From: Eubacteriales bacterium
GTDB lineage: Bacteria > Bacillota > Clostridia > Oscillospirales > CAG-272
Direction: 5' to 3'
Assembly: GCA_045659745.1 (NCBI GenBank)
Contig: JAZRCL010000097.1
Coordinates: 2,881 to 66,880, forward strand
Length of the DNA stretch: 64,000 nt
The position numbers were made by a program, and so were the translations under genes. The notes beneath the pieces were generated by a model. The model searched no databases and was not told the DNA's origin. It saw nothing but the letters and a program-made list of their open reading frames with translations. The first letter of the stretch is position 1. Every line of letters begins with the position of its first letter. Below, piece by piece: positions 35,934 to 44,764 of this stretch.

Positions 35934-36410
35934 ATGACACTTACAGAAAGATGCGCTTATATAAAGGGTCTTGCAGAGGGTCTTGACCTTGATAAGAAGG
36001 ACACCGCTGAAGCAAAACTCATCAAGGCTCTCATCGAGCTTTGCACAGAAATGGCTGAAGAAATCGACGACGTTGAGTACGATATCGCTGAGCTTGCAGA
36101 CTACTGCGAGGAACTTGACGAGGATCTTGGCGACGTTGAGGAAGTTCTTCTCGACCTCGATGACGAGGACGACGATTGGGACGAGTGCGACGGCGATTGC
36201 GAGTGCTGCGATCTCTGCGACGACTGCGAGGATTGCGACGACTGCGATCTCTACGAGGACGAGGAATACTACGAGATAGTTTGCCCCTCCTGCGGCGAGA
36301 CAGTTTGCTTTGACGATTCCGTAGACGCAGAGGAGCTTATGTGCCCCGCTTGCGGCGTAACTCTCGGCTGCATCGTTGAAGACGACGACGTAACAGTGGT
36401 TGAGGAATAA
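35934..36410 (+). CDS. Highly acidic Cys/Asp-rich protein with a C-terminal zinc ribbon (CD1247-N-like; conserved efp neighbour in Clostridia, from memory)
   Basis: 158 aa: helical N-terminus, DDWDECDGDCECCDLCDDCEDCDDCD tract, then CPSCG...CPACG zinc ribbon. AAGGAAGG RBS. Confidence 0.75.
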   Translation: MTLTERCAYIKGLAEGLDLDKKDTAEAKLIKALIELCTEMAEEIDDVEYDIAELADYCEELDEDLGDVEEVLLDLDDEDDDWDECDGDCECCDLCDDCEDCDDCDLYEDEEYYEIVCPSCGETVCFDDSVDAEELMCPACGVTLGCIVEDDDVTVVEE

Positions 36411-36426
36411 AATTTAAGAGGATAAA

Positions 36427-36476
36427 TGCGGGAAACCTTTTTTATAAAAAAGATTTCCCGCACCCTTCCAAAAAAT
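36427..36476 (+). repeat. GGGGAAAC-palindrome intergenic repeat, copy A (forward orientation)
   Basis: TGCGGGAAACCTTTTTTATAAAAAAGATTTCCCGCACCCTTCCAAAAAAT. Hairpin GGGAAACC-T6/A6-GATTTCCC plus an ACCCTTCCAAAAAA tail; aligns with copy B. Confidence 0.85.
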
Positions 36477-36557
36477 CCCCCCCGTATTTATATTGGGTAA
36501 TAGAAAAGCCTTCTCAATACGAGAGGGTTTTTTGTTTTATTATACATAATCATATAG

Positions 36558-36588
36558 TAAAAAAAGCACGCGCCCTAAGGCGCGTGCT
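36558..36588 (-). terminator. Rho-independent terminator of the giant lipoprotein gene
   Basis: AGCACGCGCC-CTAA-GGCGCGTGCT, followed on the minus strand by T7. Confidence 0.85.
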
Positions 36589-36618
36589 AAAATTTTAATC
36601 AGTATTGATTATTTTTAA

Positions 36619-39600
36619 TTAGGGGTTAACTGTGATGGAGCTAATTCTTCCCTGTGCGGACATGTTGAAGTTAAAGCTATCAACAGCCTCAGCGAATACT
36701 ATTGTAATGACGTCACCGGATTTGGTAACTGTTGCACCAGCAAGATTCTTAACCGAATCATAAACTGCTGTCTTGTGCTTTGACTCTCCACTTGCAGTAA
36801 TTACAACCTTGGTCATACCAACGCCCTCGATTGTTACCTTGGATCCCTGGTAAAGTCTTACAGGATTGCTGTAATTACCAATATTACTAGAGCTGGATGA
36901 CTTGTCATTTATAAGCTTAATGCCATTCTGTTCCCAAACCTGCTGGCTTGTTGTGAAAACTGTTCTGTTAGATGTGGAGTTGAAGGAGATAGTAGCATTC
37001 TGAAGACATACAGCGTTCTCCAATCTGCCACAACCTGTGCAAACACCCTCTTCATAAGTATGATCAGCCTTTGTTCCTTCTGTTGCGCCGCAATACTTAC
37101 ATGTCTTAGGAGCTGTGCAGGTTGCGTCGATCCAAACATGTTCGGTATGCTTAACTACTTCATCAAGCCAAGCACTCTTAGCCTGTGCAGAGGAGCTGTA
37201 CGTACCAATTACTGTGTGAATTGTGATCTGGTCACCCTTTACAGGCTTGTAAGGCAATCTGTTATACTGAGTCTTGCCGTCTGCACTGTAAAGACCGTAA
37301 ATGTAGATCTCATCGCCATTCTCATCACGGATAGTCATATTACCGTATGTTGTATTAACCACAGAAACAATATAACCGGTAATGTAGTACTTCTGAGATG
37401 TATACGCATTATGTCCGTAAAGCTTTGAGATAGTAATAGCCTGCTTTATTGTAAGAGCTGTTCCTGCTGCAGGAAGCATCTTTGTCTCACAAAGGTCACA
37501 CTTGTAGTCCTCATTTGCATCAAGGTGAGGAGCAACGCGGGTTGCGCCACACTCATCACATGTCTTGTCGCACTCGTTTACATAAACGTGATCTGCGGGT
37601 GTACGTGTGTAGAAGCAAACGTTACATACGGGGTCACAGTTGTTATCGTATGTATGCTCCTGACATACAGGAAGGCCGTTGCCTTCCTTTATGTCATTGA
37701 ACTTGCCCTCAGCATTCTTGCCGATCTGAGCGATGTATGCCTTGTAGTTAGTTGTGTTAAGGTTAGCTGTGGAGATTTCTCTGAGAGCCTCATTGAAGTA
37801 TGTCTCCATGATTGCGAGAACTTCCTCGTCAGATACGCCGTTGATTGTCTCTGCGTATGCGTTGTAAACTACTACAACCGTCTCAAACTTGAGAGTGTAG
37901 AGCTCAACGATAGCATTGATACCCTCAACCTCTGCACCAGCGATTGCTGCTACAGCTTCCTTGAGGAATGCTTCGAACTTAGCGAGAACTGTATCGTTTG
38001 CGATACCGTTGCAAGCTGCAACGTACTCGTTGTAAACTTCTACTGTTGCCTCAACCTTTGCTGCATAAGGAGCAAGGATTGCTGCCATTGTTTCAGTGTA
38101 TGTAGCTCTTGCCACACCTACTGCATCGATTTCATTTCTAACAGCTACGAGGTAAGCCTCAAGCTGTGCGAGAACTGTATCGTTTGCAACGCCTGCAATA
38201 GCGGTTGCATATGTGTTGTAAGCGTTGAGAGCTGCCTCGTACTTAGCAACGAAGAGTTCAGAATCAGCCTCAACTACCTTTGCAAGCTCTTCATCAGAGA
38301 TGCATCCTCTGTTACCATCGTTGTCAGTGTTGAACTTAGCGATTGCATCAGTGATAGCCTTAACCTGTGCAACGTATGCATCCTTAGCTGCTACGTCAGC
38401 AAAGTAAGGAGCTGCGATGTCTGCACCGATTGTGGGAATCTCAAGAGCCTCAATGAGATCCTTGATGTTTGCGATCTGACCTTCAAGGTCAACAAGCTTA
38501 GCCTCAGCCTCTACGAGCTTTGTCTCGTCGATAACTACTGCCTTGTCGAATTCTGCTACGAAATCAATTGCGTTGTCAACAACAGCCTTGTTCCAAGCAT
38601 CAACGTCAGCTCTGAGAGCCTCAACTGCTTCTGCGGAATCTGTTGTAATAAATCCAAGTGCTTCAATTCTTTCCTGGAGAGCTGCAGCGTCTGCTGCGAA
38701 CTTCTCAACGAGAGCCTTGCGCTCTGCCTTAAGAACTGCGAGCTTTTCTTCAAGTACTACGAGAGCTGCTTCCTCAACAGATGTACCAACACCTGTGATC
38801 TCATAATCAGCTGCTTCTGTGCCGTACTTTGTGAACCACTCTCTTACTGCTGTAAGAGCGGTCTCTGTCCAAACGAGGTTCTCAACTGTAAGAGACTTGT
38901 AGTAGTCTGTGTAGCAGTTGGTCCATGCGTCCTGAGCACCCTTAACGAATGCGTTGTATTCTGTCTGGATAGTAACGATAACTGTGTTGAGGTTTTCGTT
39001 AGTGTATTCGCCGTCGGAAACGTAAGCGATGATAAAGCCTACACCGTCAGCGTCGGTTGCGTTCTGCTCCCAAGTTCTGAAAGCAGCCTTTACAGCCTCA
39101 ATGTCTGTGATCAATGCGAAGGTGTAACCGTCCTCGGTAACCTTTGCGTTGATTGCCTTGATCTTGTTAATAAGATCTGTAGCGATTTCTACGAGGTTAG
39201 CGATCTTAGCCTCGAATGCAGCTATAACTTCCTCTGCCTTAGCCTCGTTAATGAGAGCTCTGAGAGTTTCATAGCCTGTCTTTGTCTCAAAGGTGTAGAG
39301 CTTATCAAGAGTCTCTACCCAAGCCTTTGCTGCAACGTTGTATGCTGTGATTGTTTCGGATTCTGTCTTTGTACCTACGATAGCGTCAGCCTCAAGACCT
39401 GCAATGATGTTTGCAATAGCCTTACCCTCTTCAACGAGAGCAACGAGACCTGCGTACTGCTCGTACTTAGCTACCATAGCTGCGATTCTCTCTGCGCTTA
39501 CCTTGTCTGCTGCGAGAACTGCGTCTGCTGCGAGAACATCGATCTTAGCCTTTGCTGCTGCGAGAGTTTCTGCAACTGCTACAACTGCGTCTGCGTTCTC

Positions 39601-41685
39601 AGCATTTTCAAGAGCTGCTGCTGCGAATGCGAGAACCTTTTCAGCTGCTGCCATAGAAAGGTTGCTGTATGTCATACCGAAGTCGTCTGTGTTAACTCCA
39701 ACCTCGTCCATCATAACTGCGAGAATAGCCATACCAATCTCGCCCTTGTAGCTTTCAACTACTTCTACGTCCTTCAAAGTAGCAGCTGCGTCAAGAGCTA
39801 CGTAAGCTACTGCTTCCATCTTAGCAAGCTTAGCCTGCTGAGCTGCTATGTACTGAGCTACAACTGCATCCTTAGCTTCGCCGTTTGCCATAGCAAAGAT
39901 ATCAGCCTTTGCTTCTGCAAGGTTAGCGTCTATGCCTGCGATAGCATTCTTAAGTGTTTCGATATCGGTTGCTGTTTCAACAGCTACAAGTGCAAGCTCA
40001 ATGTAAGCGGAAGCGATAGCTGCTTCAACCTCAACTGCCTTTGCCTGGAGCTCTGCGAGACCCTCAGTCTCTGCAGGGAGATAACCGATTTCATATACTG
40101 CATCCTCGAGGCAGTACTCTGCATACTTAATATCACCGCTTGCGAGGTAAACGTTAACGGCAATGTCAAGAAGCTGGTTAGGAACAAGAGCACAGAGGCT
40201 GTTGTATGCATCGTAGAGAGCGTTAGTATCCTCAACGTCAACTGCGATTTCTGCGTCAGCAACGAGTGCGTCGATAACGGGCTCTACGTCAAATGCCTTA
40301 GCCTGTGCATCCCAAATAGCATTGTAATTGTCAACTGCGATGATCTCATTTGCTACGCTATCGATAAGAGCATATACTTCTGCAACTCTCTCTGCGTTGT
40401 AAACGTCGCAAGCTGCATCATACTTATCGGAGAGATCAACAACTACACCATCAACGATAATTACGTCGAGTGCAACAGTTGCGAGTTCAGCCTTTACGCC
40501 AAGAAGAGCAGTTCTTACTGCAACAAGGTCTGTCTCGTCGTTTGCAAGCTCTTCCTCAACGGAAACGAGCGTTGCATAAATCTCATTGAGATTCTTAAGT
40601 GCGGGAACTTCTGTCTGAGCCTGAGCTACAACTGCGATGAAGTCTGCCTTTATAGCGTCAACCTCTTCAGCGTTAACTGCTCTGCCAAGGAGAACCTGAA
40701 CGAGCTGGTATTCCTTGTCAACGGGAGCCTTAACTGCAGCGTCTACGTTGTGGTCTGCGCAAAGTGCGTTCCATTCACCGTAGATCTCAAAAATCTCATT
40801 CCATACTGTAATAACCTTTTCGGTAGTAGCCTCGTAGATGCCGAGAGCCTCTTCAAGAGCTGTGATGGACTCTGCAAGGCCTTCTATAGCTTCTCTGAGC
40901 TCTGCCTCAAGCTCTGCGTCAGCAATTTCAAGAACGTCAACTATAGCCTTGGTTGCCTCTGCGATAGCCTGCTCGAGCTCTGCCTTAACAGCTGCGTCTG
41001 CATCTGCTGCCTCACCTCTTGCGAGTATAAGTGCGTTCTCAAGAGCTACGATGGAATCTGTGATATCCTTCTTTTCTGCTGCGATGTCAGCCTTAAGATC
41101 TGCTACTGCAGAGTTTACGAACTCTGTGAGCTTTGTCATATCAGCCTTAAGCATTGCAACAGCTGCGTCAAGCTCTGCCTTAGCTGCTGCAAGAGAAGAC
41201 TCGAGAGCTGCCTTGTCAGCAGCTGCCGCTGCCTTAAGAGCTACTTCTGCATTTGCAATAGCTGTGTTAAGAGCTGCAACTTCAGCATTGATCTTTGCGT
41301 CGTTTGCTGTAATCTTGTCGCTAAGATCCTTCTTAGCTGCGTCAAGGCTTGCTCTTACTGCTGCGATAGCGTCGTTAAGAGCCTTCTCTGCAGCCTCAAG
41401 GTCTGCAACGGTAACCGCACCGGAAGTCTTTGCTTCTTCGAGAGCTGCGTTTACAGCAGCGATCTCAGCAGCACAGTCTGCTTCGTTTGCGGCAATCTTC
41501 GCTTCAAGAGCTTTTACTGCCTCTTCAAGCGCCTTCGCGGCATCAGCCTTGTTAGCGGAAACCTCGTCCTTTGTTGTGCCGAGGTCCGCGGCAACATCGT
41601 CAACCTTACAGCCTGTCAAGCAGAAAGCAAGAGCAAGCACGAGGGCAACGATGACCACCGAAATTTTCGCGAAATTACGGTTCAT
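36619..41685 (-). CDS. Giant (1,688-aa) alanine-rich alpha-helical surface lipoprotein with a Cys-rich / OB-like / beta-rich C-terminal region
   Basis: ORF 36619..41727; ATG 41685 follows GGAGG. Signal peptide + lipobox LTGC. About 1,300 aa of nearly Pro-free A/E/K/V/D sequence. The last 348 aa (36622-37665) carry H-x-Y..C..C..CG motifs and a YYITGYIVSV..YGNMTIRDENG OB-like segment. Confidence 0.9.
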   Translation of the reverse strand: MNRNFAKISVVIVALVLALAFCLTGCKVDDVAADLGTTKDEVSANKADAAKALEEAVKALEAKIAANEADCAAEIAAVNAALEEAKTSGAVTVADLEAAEKALNDAIAAVRASLDAAKKDLSDKITANDAKINAEVAALNTAIANAEVALKAAAAADKAALESSLAAAKAELDAAVAMLKADMTKLTEFVNSAVADLKADIAAEKKDITDSIVALENALILARGEAADADAAVKAELEQAIAEATKAIVDVLEIADAELEAELREAIEGLAESITALEEALGIYEATTEKVITVWNEIFEIYGEWNALCADHNVDAAVKAPVDKEYQLVQVLLGRAVNAEEVDAIKADFIAVVAQAQTEVPALKNLNEIYATLVSVEEELANDETDLVAVRTALLGVKAELATVALDVIIVDGVVVDLSDKYDAACDVYNAERVAEVYALIDSVANEIIAVDNYNAIWDAQAKAFDVEPVIDALVADAEIAVDVEDTNALYDAYNSLCALVPNQLLDIAVNVYLASGDIKYAEYCLEDAVYEIGYLPAETEGLAELQAKAVEVEAAIASAYIELALVAVETATDIETLKNAIAGIDANLAEAKADIFAMANGEAKDAVVAQYIAAQQAKLAKMEAVAYVALDAAATLKDVEVVESYKGEIGMAILAVMMDEVGVNTDDFGMTYSNLSMAAAEKVLAFAAAALENAENADAVVAVAETLAAAKAKIDVLAADAVLAADKVSAERIAAMVAKYEQYAGLVALVEEGKAIANIIAGLEADAIVGTKTESETITAYNVAAKAWVETLDKLYTFETKTGYETLRALINEAKAEEVIAAFEAKIANLVEIATDLINKIKAINAKVTEDGYTFALITDIEAVKAAFRTWEQNATDADGVGFIIAYVSDGEYTNENLNTVIVTIQTEYNAFVKGAQDAWTNCYTDYYKSLTVENLVWTETALTAVREWFTKYGTEAADYEITGVGTSVEEAALVVLEEKLAVLKAERKALVEKFAADAAALQERIEALGFITTDSAEAVEALRADVDAWNKAVVDNAIDFVAEFDKAVVIDETKLVEAEAKLVDLEGQIANIKDLIEALEIPTIGADIAAPYFADVAAKDAYVAQVKAITDAIAKFNTDNDGNRGCISDEELAKVVEADSELFVAKYEAALNAYNTYATAIAGVANDTVLAQLEAYLVAVRNEIDAVGVARATYTETMAAILAPYAAKVEATVEVYNEYVAACNGIANDTVLAKFEAFLKEAVAAIAGAEVEGINAIVELYTLKFETVVVVYNAYAETINGVSDEEVLAIMETYFNEALREISTANLNTTNYKAYIAQIGKNAEGKFNDIKEGNGLPVCQEHTYDNNCDPVCNVCFYTRTPADHVYVNECDKTCDECGATRVAPHLDANEDYKCDLCETKMLPAAGTALTIKQAITISKLYGHNAYTSQKYYITGYIVSVVNTTYGNMTIRDENGDEIYIYGLYSADGKTQYNRLPYKPVKGDQITIHTVIGTYSSSAQAKSAWLDEVVKHTEHVWIDATCTAPKTCKYCGATEGTKADHTYEEGVCTGCGRLENAVCLQNATISFNSTSNRTVFTTSQQVWEQNGIKLINDKSSSSSNIGNYSNPVRLYQGSKVTIEGVGMTKVVITASGESKHKTAVYDSVKNLAGATVTKSGDVITIVFAEAVDSFNFNMSAQGRISSITVNP

Positions 41686-41794
41686 AAATACCTCCATGTT
41701 TTGTTTTTGGTTTCTTCCAAAAAACATTATTTTTTTAAGTTATCTCTAAAATAGGGATAGTTAGCCCACTTTGAGAGATTCTACCTTATTTACA

Positions 41795-41823
41795 AGTATA
41801 GCACAAAGGATTTGACTTGTCAA
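41795..41823 (-). promoter_or_regulatory. Strong sigma-A-type promoter of the giant lipoprotein gene
   Basis: Minus strand: TTGACA (41823-41818), 17 nt, TATACT (41800-41795). Implies a 5' UTR of about 100 nt. Confidence 0.6.
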
Positions 41824-41910
41824 GCACTTAAAACAGATTTTTGCATTATTTTTAATGAAAATTTTTCCTATAAATTATAATATATTCCATAAAATACATA
41901 ATTTTTCGAC

Positions 41911-41938
41911 AAAAGAGCCCGCCGACGTAAATCGGCGG
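41911..41938 (-). terminator. Probable terminator after ygiQ
   Basis: CCGCCGA (41919-41925) pairs with TCGGCGG (41932-41938). The minus strand continues GCTCTTTTGTCG. Confidence 0.55.
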
Positions 41939-41950
41939 ACTGAAGCTCAA

Positions 41951-43936
41951 TTATCTTTTGCGTTTTGCTTGACTTGATTTAGCTTTAGGGGCGGCATTTT
42001 TGTTCTTGGGTTGCCCCGTGTGGCGACTGCTCTGAACAGATTTGCGCTTGCTATCCGCGCGTCCTCCGCCCTGCTTTGTCGTGGACTTTTTGCCACTGTT
42101 CTTGTCGCGATGAACATTCTCAGATCCCCTCGCGCTACCCTCGGGTCGAACGAGACAATCCTTTCCAAATCCTATAAGGTCCTCTCTGCCCGCGCGTCTT
42201 AACGCCTCGCGTACAAGGGCGGCGTTTTGCGGACGGTTGAACTGCAAAAGCGCTCTCTGAAGCTGCTTTTCGTGGTAATCGGAAGCCACGTAAACAGGCT
42301 TCATATCAAGCGGGTTTATCCCCGTATAATACATAACCGTGGACGCCGTGCCCGGTGTTGGATAATAGTCCTGAACCTGCTCAGGCGCATAGTTGTCGCG
42401 CTTAAGGCAGACGGCAAGATTGACTGCGTCCTGCAAGGTGGAGCCGGGGTGACTCGACATAAGATAAGGCACGAGATACTGCTCCTTGCCCGCCTCGCGA
42501 CACAAGTCAAAATATTTCTTGCGGAATCCCTGATAGACCTCAAAATCAGGCTTTCCCATACAGCGAAGTACGGGGCTTGAGCAATGCTCGGGAGCTACCT
42601 TGAGCTGACCGGAAACATTGTCACGCACAAGCTTTCTGAAGAACGCGTCATCCTTATCGCACATAAGGTAATCAAAGCGAATTCCCGAACGTATAAATAC
42701 CTTTTTTACCTTTGGAATTTTTTCGATTTTCTCTATCAATTTTATATATTCGGTGTGGTCAACCTTAAGATTTTTGCATGGCGTCGGCGCCAAGCATTTT
42801 CTGCTGGGGCAGACTCCGTCCTTAAGCTGCTTGTCGCACGACGGATAGCGGAAATTCGCAGTCGGTCCGCCAACGTCGTGTATATATCCCTTAAATGTAG
42901 GCATTTTCGTTATAAGCTCCGCCTCTCTCACGCAAGACTCAATACTGCGCGAGCGCACAGTTCTTCCCTGGTGGAACGCCAAAGCGCAGAAATTACACGC
43001 GCCAAAGCAACCTCGGTTATGCGTTATTGAGAACTGTACCTCCTCGATAGCCGGAACACCGCCATCATTTTCATACATAGGGTGATACGTCCTCGCATAA
43101 GGCAGACTGTAAACGTGGTCAAGCTCTTCCCTCTCAAGCGGAGGCATGGGAGGATTTTGTACGAGCATTTTGTTATCGTATATCTCACAAATAGCTTGTC
43201 CGTTAATGGAATCCTGGTTTTTATACTGCACACCAAAGGCGCGAGCGTATTCTCGCTTGTCTTCCTTTAATATATTGTAATCAAAAGTCGCCGCAACAGG
43301 AAAATTAACCTTGTCCTCGGGCGAGCAGAGGTAAACCGTTCCCCGCACGTCGCGTATTTTCTTGACGGGAACCCCCTTGTCAAGCAGCTCGGCTATACGA
43401 ATAAGTATATTTTCTCCCATTCCGTACGTCAGAATATCCGCGCGGCTGTCAACAAGCACTGAACGACGCACCTTGTTATCCCAATAATCATAGTGCGCAA
43501 AGCGGCGAAGCGACGCCTCAAGTCCGCCGAGAATTATCGGCACGTCACCGTATGCCTCGCGTATTCTGTTGGAATAAACTATAGCCGCGCGATCAGGGCG
43601 CTTGCCCGCCTTGCCGCCAGGGGAATAATAGTCGTTATTTCTCTTTCTTTTAGCGGCGGTGTAGTGCGCCACCATGGAATCTATGTTTCCCGCACTGACA
43701 AGAAAGCCCAAACGAGGTCTGCCAAACCTCTTGAAGTCCTCGCAGGACTTGTAATCGGGCTGAGAGAGCATAGCCACTCGAAAGCCTTTATCTTCAAGGA
43801 CTCTCGTGATTATTGCCGCGCCAAAAGTGGGGTGGTCAACGTACGCATCACCGCTTACGTAAACAAAGTCCGGCGCATCCCAGCCCAGCTCTCTCATCTC
43901 TTCTGCGTTTACGGGAAGAAATCTGTTATCCTTCAT
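41951..43936 (-). CDS. ygiQ: YgiQ-family (UPF0313) radical SAM protein with a basic C-terminal tail
   Basis: ORF 41951..44074; ATG 43936 (MKDNRFLPVN) follows GGAG. DFVYVSGDAYVDHPTFG N-terminal domain, GCFGACNFCALAFHQG CxxxCxxC cluster, Lys/Arg-rich tail. Confidence 0.9.
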   Translation of the reverse strand: MKDNRFLPVNAEEMRELGWDAPDFVYVSGDAYVDHPTFGAAIITRVLEDKGFRVAMLSQPDYKSCEDFKRFGRPRLGFLVSAGNIDSMVAHYTAAKRKRNNDYYSPGGKAGKRPDRAAIVYSNRIREAYGDVPIILGGLEASLRRFAHYDYWDNKVRRSVLVDSRADILTYGMGENILIRIAELLDKGVPVKKIRDVRGTVYLCSPEDKVNFPVAATFDYNILKEDKREYARAFGVQYKNQDSINGQAICEIYDNKMLVQNPPMPPLEREELDHVYSLPYARTYHPMYENDGGVPAIEEVQFSITHNRGCFGACNFCALAFHQGRTVRSRSIESCVREAELITKMPTFKGYIHDVGGPTANFRYPSCDKQLKDGVCPSRKCLAPTPCKNLKVDHTEYIKLIEKIEKIPKVKKVFIRSGIRFDYLMCDKDDAFFRKLVRDNVSGQLKVAPEHCSSPVLRCMGKPDFEVYQGFRKKYFDLCREAGKEQYLVPYLMSSHPGSTLQDAVNLAVCLKRDNYAPEQVQDYYPTPGTASTVMYYTGINPLDMKPVYVASDYHEKQLQRALLQFNRPQNAALVREALRRAGREDLIGFGKDCLVRPEGSARGSENVHRDKNSGKKSTTKQGGGRADSKRKSVQSSRHTGQPKNKNAAPKAKSSQAKRKR

Positions 43937-44136
43937 TTTTTCTCCAATAATTTTGCTTATTTTGGGGGTTTTTCCTTTTTGATTTTGAAAATTCTGCGTA
44001 ATATGGGCGAAACTATACTCGGTGCGCGGACAAGAACTATCTTCATACTCTACCTCCATAGCAGTTCTATTCATAGATATATTATGCTAAAGGATGAGTT
44101 TTTGTTAAATGCCGCGCAAATATATGAGTTTTGCCC

Positions 44137-44763
44137 TTAAATATCCCTTGATTCTATGATAAAAAGTCCGCCTTTTTTTACCGTGACCAGCGCTGCATTG
44201 CCTTCTATCTGATTTGATACCGCATATTGAAGCTTTCTGTCGAGAGTCTTGTTCTTGAGGGGATATACCGCACCCTCAATGCTTACTCCTTTTGCGATAT
44301 CCGTCGCAATAAGCGAAAAATACTTATAATCACTTCTCAAAATAATGTGATTTGTGTTTTTTATATAGGAAATTCTGTTCTGACCGCTGATTATATAGCC
44401 GCGCTTGTGCCTTTCCCAAAGATTTTCAAGAATAGCGAGGGTGGACAGCGTGTGATCAAGCCTGCCCGACGTCGAGCCTATTATAAATATTTCGTACGCG
44501 CCCATCTCCACAGCCTTTTCAACTGCAAGCTGTGTGTCGGTAAGGTCCTTTTTTACGGGAACTTGCAATATTTCGGGAACATCTTTGGGAAGCTCGCCCT
44601 TAAGAGAGTCAAAATCCCCTATCAGAATATCCACCTTAACGCCCATTTTCTTGGCGCTATCGTATCCCGAGTCCGCCGCGATGACTATGTCCTCATCATC
44701 GGGCCTTTCGGTTATGTACTGCGGAAATATCTCTCCGCCTGTGTAAACGAATGCTCTTTTCAT
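44137..44763 (-). CDS. thiN: Thiamine diphosphokinase
   Basis: 208 aa; ADSGYD ... GDFDS motifs. Occupies the yloS position after rsgA. Confidence 0.85.
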   Translation of the reverse strand: MKRAFVYTGGEIFPQYITERPDDEDIVIAADSGYDSAKKMGVKVDILIGDFDSLKGELPKDVPEILQVPVKKDLTDTQLAVEKAVEMGAYEIFIIGSTSGRLDHTLSTLAILENLWERHKRGYIISGQNRISYIKNTNHIILRSDYKYFSLIATDIAKGVSIEGAVYPLKNKTLDRKLQYAVSNQIEGNAALVTVKKGGLFIIESRDI

Positions 44764-44764
44764 A

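Noticed and set aside
37525-41754. 1,409-aa plus-strand ORF (Cys/Val/Leu/Ser-rich) and the 303-aa Ala/Ser-rich ORF at 40838-41749, both opposite the giant lipoprotein gene
   Set aside because: The 1,409-aa ORF is exactly codon-aligned antisense to the 36619-41685 gene. Its composition is the complement of GCN/GAG/AAG-rich sense codons, and it has no RBS or promoter. The sense gene has a signal peptide, RBS, promoter and terminator. Both are shadow ORFs.
43937-44136. 200-bp spacer upstream of ygiQ as a possible structured leader or riboswitch
   Set aside because: It contains a plausible promoter (TTAACA...CATAAT on the minus strand), which leaves a leader of about 130 nt. I could not recognise any known riboswitch core or a convincing conserved helix from a single sequence, so the evidence is insufficient.
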